A stretch of DNA of 63,950 nt, filler included, from Octopus bimaculoides (Eukaryota): NCBI RefSeq assembly GCF_001194135.2. It is 5 parts of 5 records of this genome, joined end to end, with 100 filler letters (N's around TTAATTAATTAA, not from the genome) between each part and the next. Parts side by side here need not be neighbours in the genome. Positions count along the whole stretch, not along the records: positions 1 to 31,801 come from NC_068993.1; 4 more parts are not named here. One strand, 5' to 3'. The notes below the pieces were generated by a model, which saw nothing but the letters and a program-made list of their open reading frames with translations, was not told the origin of the DNA and did no database searches. Shown here piece after piece: positions 11,936 through 25,122 of this stretch (positions within the stretch are counted from its first letter, which is position 1; each line of letters begins with the position of its first letter). The position numbers and the translations under genes are program-made.

Positions 11936-12235
11936 GTTGGCATTAGGAAGGGCATCCAGCTGTAGAAACTCTGCCAGATCAGATTGGAGCCTGGTGCAGC
12001 CTTCTGGCTTGCCAGTCCTCAGTCAAATCATCCAACCCATGCTAGCATGGAAAGCAGACGTTAAACGATGATGATGATGATGATGATGACGATTAATAAT
12101 AATGATAATATATAAAAAAATACCTTAGGAATGAGAACTCAGGTTTGAAATTTCCCCAAGACACCTGATGTCAGCCGAAATGTTGTGTTAGCAACAAACA
12201 AGATGAGGACAAATATCCATCAGTTGTAAATAATG
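11759..12235. mobile_element. Penelope-like fold-back element with an RTE 3' fragment inserted in its (TTA)n centre
   Basis: Inverted arms 11759-11894 and 12116-12235 (right arm lacks ~16 nt); ACGTTTCGGCTG...CCTTCATCAGG motif; RTE tail 11935-12091 flanked by ATTAAT. Confidence 0.6.
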
Positions 12236-12719
12236 AAAATTTGAAATTTTGTTGAACATTCTCTTCTTCCACCAAACATTATATAATAAGCGTACCGAAA
12301 TTTGTTGGCGTGTTCTTGTAAATATATGCCATAAAAGAAAATTTATTATCTAGCTAAGAAATGCATTTACAAATATATTGCTGTGACACTAAAAGCAATT
12401 AGAGATATCTCTTGTACATCCTGTGCATTTGCTGCAACAGGTGACACAGTTCAAAGTGCAGTAGCTGTATACATGCATAACACCTGTATGCACCTTACAT
12501 AGTATTGCACGTAGATGCACACCTGTATGCATGCCATCTACATGTACCTAAAAGTGCACATACGAGCATATCGTCCACATGCGCTTAACACTGAGTGCAC
12601 ATGCATGCAAACATGCTGTATACTGATGCTTAGTGTTGCACTTGTATGCACGTGTACTTTCGTGTGTAAGTGATATATTCTGCAAGAAAAGCATGAAGCA
12701 CCGAACCATTCTTCCTGTC

Positions 12720-13400
12720 CATGTTGTTACGACGATGATGACGACCACCACCACAACTACTACCATTGCCATGACTACTACAACCACCACCACCACCACC
12801 ACAACTACTACCCTTACCATGGCTACTACAACCACCACCATCACCACTACTGCCCTGACTACTACAACCGCTGCCACCATCACCACCACTGTCATGACTA
12901 CCACTATCACCACCACCTCCATCACCACCACCACCATAACTACTACAACCACCACCACCACCGTCATGACTACTACAACCACCACCTCTATTATTGCCAT
13001 TACCACTACCATTGCTACAACTCCCATCATCATCATCACTGTCATAACCACTAGTGCTACCACCACCACAGTTATCAACTACTAATAACTTCTACTACTA
13101 CCACCACCACAACTGTTACTACAGCTACCAACAGTATAGTTACCAACTGCACCCCCTCCATTACTGCTGTACTACTCGTACTACTACTATCACTGTTTCT
13201 CCTCTCACTACCACCACCACCACTAATCCTAGTATAGCTGCTACCAGCACCAGCACCACCACCATCACCATCACCACCACAACCACAGCCACCATCACCA
13301 ACCACTACCACCACTACTACTGCCACCACCACAATCACCACCACCACCACAGCCACCATCACCACCACCACAGCCACCACCACCACCACCACCACCACCA
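12720..13400 (+). repeat. Compound (ACC/ACT/CAC)n trinucleotide low-complexity tract
   Basis: Source of the poly-Thr/His/Val ORFs; followed by a degenerate (TG)n/(TGTA)n tract at 13450-13800. Confidence 0.9.
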
Positions 13401-15164
13401 AAGCTGTTGCTCTACCAAAAATTTAGTTGGCTTTCCAGTTACTATTTCTATGTCATATCACTTGTGTGTGTGCGTGAGCATAGCTGTGAGTGCATGTGTG
13501 TATATGTATGTAACTGAGTGTGCATGCGTGTGTATCTGAGTGCATGTGTGTGCTTGTGTGTGTATGAGTGCATGTGTGTGTGTATGTGCATAACAGTGTG
13601 TGTGTGCATACATGTGTTTAGTGTGTACATGTGTGTTTATATACATAACTGAGAGTGTTGTGTATACTTGTGAATGCATGTGTGTGTGTATAGCAGTGTC
13701 TGTATATGTCTGTGTACCTCTGTGTGTGTACGTATGAATGAGTACATTGTGTATGTGTGTGTATATGTGTGTTTTAGTGTGTGTATGCAAATTGTGTGTG
13801 GGGTTGAGTGTTAAGCCGTTTCAAATTTTGAAAGCAATTAAAACCCTTGATTTCATCACCATTATCATCATCGTCATCGTTGTCATCATCATCGTTGTCG
13901 TTGTCATCGTCATTGTTGTCATCACAGAAACATTTGAAAGGAACAATGTAAGAATATAAGAAAAGAATATAAACGGAAAGAGAATAAAGAAAAACATAAA
14001 TAAATAAAGGAGGCAGAGAGAGTGGGGGAGGGAGGGAGAGATAGGTAGGTTGGTATTGTAAAATTGGAGGTGTGTGTACAGAGAGAGAGAGGGAGAGGGG
14101 AGAGAGAGAGGCAAGAAATTTAATTGGAGGTATGTGTACAGAGAGAGGGAGAGGGGGAGAGAGAGAGAGAGAGAGAGAGAGGCAAGAAATTTAATTCCAA
14201 TGATTTTTGTTTTTTTTATTTTGTTACGTATTATCTCATTGTGTTCAGAAACAAAGTAAAAACTTGTTGTCGTGGAACTATTTCAAAACTAACCATTGTA
14301 GAACAGAACAAGAAGAAGAAGAAGAAAATAAAAACAAAACGAAATTTACTACAAAAGTACAAAGAAAATGCAGTGACAATAGCAACAACGACAACAACAA
14401 TGATAAAATAAGAAGAAAAAAAGAAAGAAACCAAACATGCTTGTGACTATATTGTTTTAGAAATAGTTCTGTCAGTACAGATTGGTTGAAATAATCTGAC
14501 ACTACACCTCACATTTCAAATATATTCTCTTTATTTTGCAATAGTTTAAGATGTGAAGTCATGTGGTCTAGTGGTTAGAGTGTTTGGCTGATGATCATAA
14601 GGTTGTGGGTTCGATTCCTGGACTCGAGACCTTTGGCTATATGCTGTGCTTGAGGAGAAGACCTGTCGAGCCGGCCATTATACTGTTTAACATTATCTGA
14701 TATTACCAGTATTGGCAGAGTATGTTCCCAACATTACCTGCCATATGCTAATCAAGGGAGATAAATCCAAACTATGCAAAGGTATCTGTGTTTTGGGGGA
14801 TAGACAAACAAAGAAATCAAGAGACCTACTGCCATTTATATTAATGGATACACTGGGCTTGCATCCATTTCCATCTACCAAATTTCACTCCTGAGGATTT
14901 GGTAAATTCAAGGCTGTATGGATTAAAGGATAGCTCTTCAAGGTGTTGGATTGTGGTGAAATTGAGCCTGCCAATGTGGAACCACATGTTTGCAAAGTGA
15001 ACTGCTTAACCTGACAGCTCACTATATTATCCCAGTGTAGAATATCTCCATAAACCGAATTTATGATTTTGATGATTATTAGCTCTGACTTACACTTTCT
15101 GACTGATTATCCAATGTGTTCCACCAGTGTGTGTGTGTATAAATAGACGTGTATCTGTGTGTGA

Positions 15165-15207
<43 letters not shown>

Positions 15208-15379
15208 TAGATAGATAGATATAGATATATATATGTATATATATGTACACTTTTTTTGAGATATATATATGTATATGTATAGATATGTATATGTATGTAT
15301 ATATATATGTATATATATGTATATATAAATATATATGTATATATATGTATATATAAATATATATGCATATATAAGTATA

Positions 15380-15440
<61 letters not shown>

Positions 15441-17296
15441 NNNNNNNNNNNNNNNNNNNNNNNNNNNNNNNNNNNNNNNNNNNNNNNNNNNNNNNNNNNN
15501 NNNNNNNNNNNNNNNNNNNNNNNNNNNNNNNNNNNNNNNNNNNNNNNNNNNNNNNNNNNNNNNNNNNNNNNNNNNNNNNNNNNNNNNNNNNNNNNNNNNN
15601 NNNNNNNNNNNNNNNNNNNNNNNNNNNNNNNNNNNNNNNNNNNNNNNNNNNNNNNNNNNNNNNNNNNNNNNNNNNNNNNNNNNNNNNNNNNNNNNNNNNN
15701 NNNNNNNNNNNNNNNNNNNNNNNNNNNNNNNNNNNNNNNNNNNNNNNNNNTTTGGCCATATTTTATTACAATGAATAAATTTACCAAAACAGATTTAACT
15801 GAGCATATGATGAGAAAATTAGTAAATATTCTGCTGTTAAGTTACTATGTAATCTGTTGTTGCTGCTACTGCTGCATCTGCTACTGCTGCATCTGCTACT
15901 GCTGCATCTGCTGCTGTTGTTGTTTTTGTTGGTAGTACTATCAGTATTAATTCTATTGTTGTTTATTTTTCAATTAATGTTGCTGTTTAGCCCCAGGTCA
16001 GTCTTCTGTTGAACAGGCCTATGATTAAAGGCATTCCAGTCATGGCCCTCCAGCCTTTATATTATGTATAGGGAACCCAAGACCGCCCCCATCCTACATA
16101 TGCTCCTTTTCTTTTTTTAAGATGTTTTGGGTTTATTTTTTAGGGAGCTTTGATTTCTATTTCTAGAAGACTGTATAACCACATAGAGGCTATCATGGCT
16201 CTATCTTGTTGTTGGTGGGGGCGGGGGAAGTAGTGTTGATGCTGAAGACCACGTTGTTCTATTGTTGCTATAACTGTTACTGTTGATGTTGGTGTTGCTG
16301 CTCTGTAAGATTTAGTGCATTTTTCCCAAAGACTCAAAGAATTATGGTGGGGTGTGGATGGGTGGTACCAGAAGTTTGTGGAAATCATTGCCATAGACAA
16401 CACCAACATCAATGAGAATCAGAGGAATTGGCTATGTGGTAAGAAGTTTGCTTCCCAGACACATGATTCTGGGTTCAGTCCCACTGTGTGGCACCTTGGG
16501 TAATATCAGATAATGTTAAACAGTATTAATGTTATTGATAATATACATTTACTGCAAATGTACATATGATATATTTATTTTATTTCATTTTAATTAAATG
16601 AATATTCATGCACAATTTCTAATTTTTGCAGACAATATATCACTTTTTTACTTTATTTGACACATGAATAGAACTCATGTCTGGAAACCTCGTGACATAC
16701 TTAGATTGTTGAAAAAGATCAATAATAGGACCCATCCAATGGATCTTTCTATCGACTACATATCACTAATATTTTATTTAAACAACCCAAGGGAAATAAC
16801 CTATACCACCTGCAGTTTTTAGCGAAGCGATCAATATTTGATTTTCACAATCAGCCGACCTAATTCTGCATTTCACTACTCACAGAGTTGAACTGCTAAA
16901 CATTATTATTGCACTTCCTTAATTTGAATCTCTTCATTCATACATTTCTATACATACATACTTTTTTAAATTCCCATTACTCCGATAATTCTGCATTTTT
17001 AAAGTCTGGTGCAGGCTCCTGCCTGGCCAGCTCTTGTCAAACTGTACAACCCATGGCAGCATGGAAGGCGGACGTTGAATGATGATGATGATGATGATTT
17101 TAAAAGCAAAGAGCTAACAGAAGATTTGTTTGTAAGGGAAGTTAACAAGGCTGGTCCTTTGAATTACAGGTAGAACTCATTTTTTCCTGGTGGGTGGACT
17201 TGAGCAATATGAAATGAAATACCTTGCTCAAGGATACAACATGCTCACCTTACAATCATGAGTCAGATACCTAAACTATTAAGCCATGTACCTTCA

Positions 17297-17331
<35 letters not shown>

Positions 17332-18436
17332 ACACACACACACACACACACACTTTGATGTGTGGATGTGTGCATGTGCATCTGTAATGTGTGGGTGCTG
17401 TGATACACATATACATATGTATATACACATATATGAATGTGTGTGTATATGGGTATATATCATTCACCTATGTCAAACACTGGACTACGGCCATGCTGGG
17501 GCACTGCTTTGAAGAGTTTTGCTGAACAAATTGACCACAAGACACACCTTTCTTAAAATTTGATACTTTTTGTATCTGTTTCTTTTGCTGAACCGCTAGA
17601 TAATAGGAACATAAATAAACCAACACCACTTGTCAAACAGTGGTGGTGGTGGAGGACAAAGAACACAAATTCAAAGAGACACACATATAAACAACTCATA
17701 AACCTTTGGTCGGCCCAAGGCTATAGTAGAAGACACTTGGCCAAGGTGCCACACAGTGAGACTGAACCCAGAAACATGTGGTTGGGAAGCAAGCTTCCTA
17801 CCTCACTACCACACCTGCACCTATCTACATCTATATCCATCTATATCTGCACATGCATGAATGTATGCATTATGTTTGCATGTGTGTATATAAATATATA
17901 TACATATATATACACACATATGTAGATATATTATATATGCATGTGATATATGCATTATGTATACATTTATTAATTCACACACACACACACACACACACAA
18001 ATATAAAGAGAGAGAGAGAGACGTATGTATTAATAAATATAACGAATGTGTGTGAGTGTGCTAGATTGATATTACTTGTCATGTCTATAGTCTTTAGAAT
18101 TGGTGTTGCTTGCTGCCAAAATCGCCTGCAGCCATTGTGGTTTAAAGACATAGGATAAGCCTGGATAATTAGATGCATGTCGCAACTTGATTGCAAAGCA
18201 TTCACTGCTAAATTGTTCTCTTCATTTCTTATTTCATGAATATCTAATTCCACATAAAATAGTCTGGAATTGTTGGAGCTTCTGCTTTGTGTTGTTTTGT
18301 TTAATTGCCGCTCCTGCTGCTGTTGTTGCTGATGTTGTGGTTGCGGTTGCGGTGGTGGCAGTGGTGGTTGCAGTGGGCTTGGGTAATTGCAGTTACTGAA
18401 ATGTTGAATATGTATAAAGCCTCAATGGTTTGTGTA

Positions 18437-18472
<36 letters not shown>

Positions 18473-19424
18473 NNNNNNNNNNNNNNNNNNNNNNNNNNNN
18501 NNNNNNNNNNNNNNNNNNNNNNNNNNNNNNNNNNNNNNNNNNNNNNNNNNNNNNNNNNNNNNNNNNNNNNNNNNNNNNNNNNNNNNNNNNNNNNNNNNNN
18601 NNNNNNNNNNNNNNNNNNNNNNNNNNNNNNNNNNNNNNNNNNNNNNNNNNNNNNNNNNNNNNNNNNNNNNNNNNNNNNNNNNNNNNNNNNNNNNNNNNNN
18701 NNNNNNNNNNNNNNNNNNNNNNNNNNNNNNNNNNNNNNNNNNNNNNNNNNNNNNNNNNNNNNNNNNNNNNNNNNNNNNNNNNNNNNNNNNNNNNNNNNNN
18801 NNNNNNNNNNNNNNNNNNNNNNNNNNNNNNNNNNNNNNNNNNNNNNNNNNNNNNNNNNNNNNNNNNNNNNNNNNNNNNNNNNNNNNNNNNNNNNNNNNNN
18901 NNNNNNNNNNNNNNNNNNNNNNNNNNNNNNNNNNNNNNNNNNNNNNNNNNNNNNNNNNNNNNNNNNNNNNNNNNNNNNNNNNNNNNNNNNNNNNNNNNNN
19001 NNNNNNNNNNNNNNNNNNNNNNNNNNNNNNNNNNNNNNNNNNNNNNNNNNNNNNNNNNNNNNNNNNNNNNNNNNNNNNNNNNNNNNNNNNNNNNNNNNNN
19101 NNNNNNNNNNNNNNNNNNNNNNNNNNNNNNNNNNNNNNNNNNNNNNNNNNNNNNNNNNNNNNNNNNNNNNNNNNNNNNNNNNNNNNNNNNNNNNNNNNNN
19201 NNNNNNNNNNNNNNNNNNNNNNNNNNNNNNNNNNNNNNNNNNNNNNNNNNNNNNNNNNNNNNNNNNNNNNNNNNNNNNNNNNNNNNNNNNNNNNNNNNNN
19301 NNNNNNNNNNNNNNNNNNNNNNNNNNNNNNNNNNNNNNNNNNNNNNNNNNNNNNNNNNNNNNNNNNNNNNNNNNNNNNNNNNNNNNNNNNNNNNNNNNNN
19401 NNNNNNNNNNNNNNNNNNNNNNNN

Positions 19425-19483
<59 letters not shown>

Positions 19484-20535
19484 TATATATAAATATATAT
19501 TTGCACACATTAATGCTTATATACATATTCTCAATAATGCTCACATACATCATACACACAACGGAATATTTAATTGTATTAAACTATTCCCATCATTATA
19601 ATATATTTCAGTTTTGTTATTATTTTCCTATCTTCCTTCTTTGTAATAGTGAAGTATTATCATTACACACCATCACCACCATCACCACCACCACCATTCC
19701 ACTGCCATTTTCCCCTGTGAACATGTGTGAAATGATATATTTGAATAATAAACCGGATCTGGTCATGTTTGGATGTATTTCTATACTTGCTGACAGGAGA
19801 AGCGAGTGTGCCTCTTATAGCATATATGTCTATGTATGTATGTGGTGTGTGTGTGTGTGTGTGTCTTGTCATGTGAGAAACTTGGTGACCTCACTAGTGT
19901 TGGTGCCATAGAAAAAAAGCACTTAGTACAGCCTGTAAAGTGACTGGCATTATGAAGCAGACATTGGAGCTCACTGCAGTCCTCTGGATTTCAGGATGTT
20001 GTTGAACCATTCAACTCATTCCAGCATGGAAGACAGAAGTTAAATGATTATGATGGTATACATGGTTCCAGGATCAGTACCATTGCATGGCACCTTGAGC
20101 AAGTGTCTTCTACTATAGCCATGGGCCAACCAAAGCCTTGTGAGTGGATTCGGTAGACGGAAACTGAAAGAAGCCTGTCGTGTATATATATATATATATA
20201 TATATACATATATATATGTGTGTGTGTGTGTATGTTTGTGAGTGAATTTGATTGACAGAAACTGAAAGAAGCCCGTTAAATNNNNNNNNNNNNNNNNNNN
20301 NTCTTCTCCCCACCATCACTTGACAACTGATGCTGGTGTGTTTGCATACCCATGACTTAGTGGTTCAGCAAAAGAGACCAATAGAATAAGTACTAGGCTT
20401 ACAAAGAATAGGTCCTGGGGTCGATTTGTTTGGCTAAAGGTGGTGCTCCAGCATAGCCACAGTCAAATGACTGAAACAAGTAAAAGAATAACACATTATT
20501 TTTCTGTTTTTATTTTTTTTATTTTTTATTCCCAG

Positions 20536-20660
20536 TGGATTTCTTAGCCAATGTACTTGATGACCTGAAGAATGAACTGAAATCTGACCGTGGTAAAGAA
20601 TTGTTCCTCTTTTATCAAGGGATTCCTGTTGTGTTGCAGTATTTGAAACCCATTCACAAG
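20536..20660 (+). CDS. CCDC138: CCDC138 coding exon (125 nt, phase 1-0)
   Basis: ttattcccag|TG GAT...AAG|gtttga; G+TG restores the frame: (V)DFLANVLDDLKNELKSDRGKELFLFYQGIPVVLQYLKPIHK, similar to human ADYLAQAFDSLCLDLKTEEGKTLFLEYQAVPVILSHL. Confidence 0.92.
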
Positions 20661-21031
20661 GTTTGACAATTGAAATCTTTTTAGCTTTTTCATTCTTTGC
20701 TTTTGTGACTCTTTGCTCATTTGCAACAAATCTGTGTATGCTTCTGTGTGTACACATGCATGTGTGTGTGTGTGTGTGTACATATGCATATGTGTGTATG
20801 CTTTTGTTTGTATATGTATGAGTGGGAATACTTTTATTAGATCGTCAGGTGTGATTTGAGGGAAATTTGGCTGCTAATTCCAGCAGGTCAAGTGTACATG
20901 TCAAAGACAGCTGTGTTGGTGTGAAATGAGTCTGTGGGTCACTGATACTGTGCAGATAGAGTGTTGGTCCTTTTGTAACATTGACCCCCAAAATCTAAAG
21001 AGAATCATGACCCAAGATTCCTAAATTTCAG

Positions 21032-21222
21032 ACTCTGGTTAACAATGCCATTGACGTGTTCTTGCCATTGACAATGGAGTCTCCTCATTTGAACCAATTC
21101 CTAACGAGTTGCAGCAATGAAACCTGGTTCCGGACGGTTGCTGTAGTGCTGCGTGCAGCCAATATGGATGATAAAATATTTGAGAAACTCAGCATCATTT
21201 TGCAGAAACTCTCAAAAATTCG
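21032..21222 (+). CDS. CCDC138: CCDC138 coding exon (191 nt, phase 0-2)
   Basis: aaatttcag|ACT...ATT CG|gtaaga; encodes TLVNNAIDVFLPLTMESPHLNQFLTSCSNETWFRTVAVVLRAANMDDKIFEKLSIILQKLSKI; EKLSIILQKLSKI matches human as recalled. Confidence 0.93.
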
Positions 21223-21502
21223 GTAAGACTAATTCAGTTATTTCTTATATTTTAAACACTTGGAGTTTCCTTCCTTCTTTCCTTTCCTTTTTCCTTCCTT
21301 CACCATCATTACCATTTATTGCTATTGGTTACATATCTATCACCATCACGACTATCATTCTTCTAAATGAAGAAAAACCTTACCACTCAGTGCATAAAAT
21401 GTGTATATGCATATCTACTTTTTCTATATATATCTATATATATCTGTATGTATCTATATTTATCTATATTTATCTTTATGTAATATTTTTGTTTCTTTTC
21501 AG

Positions 21503-21677
21503 ACATAACAAAAAGCTGTTTGATGTGTATTCCATCACAGCATTGATCCAAGAACTAAGTCGTTCCACTTCTACTAGCAGTTCTAATCAACAAGACTACT
21601 CTTTCCTAGAATTGAACCTGCGCTCTATCCTTTTCAATCTCAACTCCGTTGGCTTATCTAATGTCAGTACCACATGA
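21503..21677 (+). CDS. CCDC138: CCDC138 terminal coding exon (to stop codon)
   Basis: gtttcttttcag|A CAT AAC AAA AAG...ACA TGA; (R)HNKKLFDVYSITALIQELSR...YSFLELNLRSILFNLNSVGLSNVSTT*, similar to human SNKKLFELFTIHLMLQE...AFLCINLNSTLFNL. Possible poly(A) signals: ATTAAA 21888-21893, AATAAA 22784-22789. Confidence 0.92.
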
Positions 21678-22372
21678 CCAGAATATTTACATCAAAACTG
21701 GCAATGCCTATAGGAACAAACTTACATTTGAGTCCTGTTCACCTCAACCCTACATGTTTATCCTACATGTCACTCCTCCATAAGACTTCTATATGTTACT
21801 GATACAGGTTATGGCAACATGTGATCCCTATTCATTGCTCTTATGTTCTAATTCTACATACCAGAACAAATCCTGCTTTGTTCAAAAATTAAAAAAACCC
21901 ACATGTGAAAAACTTATGACAAAAATCTACATGCCAAAATCTTCATATTAGTCTTCCTGACAAACTTACATGTAACCACATGTGAAAGCCTTCATGTAAG
22001 CTATTTATATTAACCCCTAAATAATAACTCCACAAGACTTAAATGAGATAAAGAATTTGTTTTTATCCATTCAAAGAGTAAGAAGAGAGGAAATAGTCAT
22101 AGCTATTGTTGACGCCATTATGCGTCTCTAGTGTACAGGATCAGGAAGCTGGAATTTATTTGGAGTGCAGAGACCTTCCCTTTCTTAATGAGATGCTAGT
22201 TCTTGCAGAGTTACACTTCTTTTCTTCAGTGGTGACCGGTACCTGAAAGGTGAATGCAATGTACTTTAGAAATGTGAAAAGAAATGCTTTGGTCAACATG
22301 TAATTTTATCTGAAAATTGAATCCACAATTCAAAATTTATGAACCCAACACTTGACCTACAAGACCAATTAC

Positions 22373-22470
22373 CTTCACAGGGATAATAATTTGGAAAGAT
22401 TAATGCAGCAAATAAAAAATTTGAAGTATTGCAGTTTTTAAAATGGGAGAAAATGATGTGTAGAACAGAC
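22373..22470 (-). other. Candidate minus-strand exon (98 nt), followed by a 130-nt intron and a terminal exon starting at 22242
   Basis: ctttcctccag|G...GAAG|gtaatt, then cacctttcag|GTACC at 22242, with AATAAA on the minus strand at 22155-22160. Confidence 0.4.
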
Positions 22471-22861
22471 CTGGAGGAAAGCCATTCTAAAAGACAGACT
22501 AAGAGGAAAGCCATTCTTTAGAAGAAAAATTACTGTATTTTCTGGCATACAAGTTGAACTTTTTGGACCAAAATTTAGAACCACAAAAGGCAGGTTGATT
22601 TTAGACACCAAGATGACTTTGGCGGACCAGAAATTCCATGCAAAATGTAGCAGGATTTGGAAAGATAGTGACAAAGTTTGAATGTGTACACAATATATAA
22701 TGTTGACTTGTATGCTAGAAAATACAATAGAGAAAGAATACAGATCAGTATTTCAAATTCAAGAAAGGCTAAGAGAAGTATTGAATAAAAGGGGGATCGT
22801 GGGGGTGGATTTATATGGTGGTGGTCATTAGGTTAGCACTTTTGGACCATTTGATTGCTTC

Positions 22862-23050
22862 TATCTGGGAAGAGCAAAAATTATGAAGATGGAGAAAGGG
22901 GTCTTCCACAGGACCGTCAGGATTATGTTTCGTTGATGCAAATGTTTTTTGAGTGTATCCTGCTGGTCTTCTCTGTACTTTGTCGCCATCTTGGCAATAT
23001 GTTTATGAAACAACACATTGGTACTCATAATTCCCAGCTCATGTACTGAT
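22862..23050 (-). mobile_element. Degenerate CR1/L2-type LINE reverse-transcriptase fragment
   Basis: HELGIMSTNVLFHKHIAKMATKYR...ILTVLWKT resembles the CR1 post-RT region (DLGVIMS.DL.F..HI.KM..K...MLTLWKT). Confidence 0.6.
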
Positions 23051-23515
23051 TCCAAATGACTGTCAGAAGGGTGAGTCCATCATAATATAGTATGTATATA
23101 TGTATATATATTTGGGTGTGTGTGTATGTGTGATATATTGGTAAAAGGTGTAAAATGTCAAAGAAGAAACCACAAAAACCAAAAGAAAAAACCCAAATGC
23201 TTTCAAATAAAAATACTCTGTGGTGTTTTCCCACTTTTTTTAATGTTATATAGATTTTATTATTCCTTTTAATGTTCATTTTTCCATGTTGTATGGGTCA
23301 GACAGAGTTTATTGCGGCAGATTCTCTATGCCCAGATGACCTTTCTTTCACCAGCCCTCACCTGTTTCCGGACAAGGTCATTTTTTTGCCCATGACCAGA
23401 CATGTTTTGGTTGAATATTGCAAAAATGATTGGCACTGCTTGAATAACACTGATGCTTATTTTATGACTATCATGTGATGTCAAGACACAAACAAACACA
23501 CACGCACACATGCAT

Positions 23516-23562
<47 letters not shown>

Positions 23563-24797
23563 ACAAGCTTATCAAATCCACTCACAAAAGCTCATGCTGC
23601 TTTGAATTAGTCTTGCATAGTTTTGAGATTTTGAGGATGGGAATGGTTGTTTTGGGAATGACATTGTAGGGTAGGTGTGAGAGGCTGGATCTGGCCAGTT
23701 TGAACACAAAACAGGTAGAATATTTGGGTTGGATATCTTCATCATTTAACATCCATTTTCCCATGCTGACATGGGTTGGACAACTTGACAAAGAACTGAC
23801 GAGCAGGAGAACTTCACCAAGCTCCAATTGTCTATTTGGACATGGATTCCATGGCTGGATGCCCTTTACAGAGTGTGCTGGGTGCTTTTTATGTGGCGCC
23901 AGCGCATATGCTTTTTGTGTGGTAGGTTTAAATGCTAAATGGTTAAAGTATCCTGTCTTTATATGAGATGGTAGGGTGTAATTTGAGAGAGATTTAGCTG
24001 CTATGTCTTGCAAGTGCAATGACTCCATAGATACTCCCAAATTTGCTTGAATGTAAGTATGTAACTTTGGTTGTACAAGCGAATATAATATTGAACTAAT
24101 AAACCAGTTATGTAATTTTATGCTATTATTGCTTTATATCCAATGGGATGATAGCATGGTTCCAGAATACTTAATCATGGTTCTGACATCCTTAACCTCG
24201 ATGCTACCCGTCTTGTGGGAGATCAATTATTTGCCAATTTTCTATAGAAAATGCATGAGTTGTTGAGAGAGACAGCGCATGTAGTACTATAATGAAAGTT
24301 TCCATTATGAACAATAATAAACCCTCATTGAAAACTCAGTAATACAGAAGAGTGGATATATATATATATATATATAGTGGGGAGAGAGTGTATTGAAAAG
24401 CTAATTAGTAACTCGTTATAGAATTAGACTTATATATATATTCACACAAGCGTAATAATAATTGTATATTATTGTGATATCTTTGTTAGGAGTGTTGAAA
24501 CCCAGCCTGATATGCATGTACTTGCACACATGCATATACATGTGTGTGTACATTTAAGTATATGTATGTGTGTATATATATATGTTTGTGTGGTGTTCGT
24601 TTATATGCTTGTTTTCTACGCTGGCATGGGTTAGATGAATACATTATCGGGGCATTGTTTTATAACTGGATAACTTTGCTGTCACTAACTTTTACTTGGT
24701 TTTCTAAAGTACAGAATTTCTCATTTCACATGTCTTCAGAAGCACTTTTGTTCATTTGTTGGAAGGAGAAATAACGAAATGGAAATTCTAGTTGTGA

Positions 24798-25122
24798 TCC
24801 CCGTGCCGGTAGCATGTAAAAAGCACCACCTGAATGTGGCTGATGCCAGCGCCACCTTGACTGGCTTCCGTGCCTGTGGCACGTAAAAAGCACCATCCAA
24901 TCGTGGTCAATGCCAGCCCCATCTGGTCCCTGTGCCGGTGACATGTAAAAAAAGCACCCACTACACTCTTGGAGTGGTTGGCATTAGGAAGGGCATCCAG
25001 CTGTAGAAATACTGCCAGATCAGACTGGAGCCTGGTGCAGCCTCCTGGCTTCCCAGATCCCAGTTGAACCGTTCAACCCATGCCAGCATCGAAAACGGAC
25101 ATTAAACGATGATGATGATGAT
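24798..25122 (+). mobile_element. RTE 3' UTR copy (older copies at ~195-430, 11140-11300, 17005-17098, 19895-20058; minus strand at ~1660-1800, 23720-23910)
   Basis: Same GGCACGTAAAAAGCACC modules, AGGAAGGGCATCCAGC core and (GAT)n tail. Confidence 0.7.
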
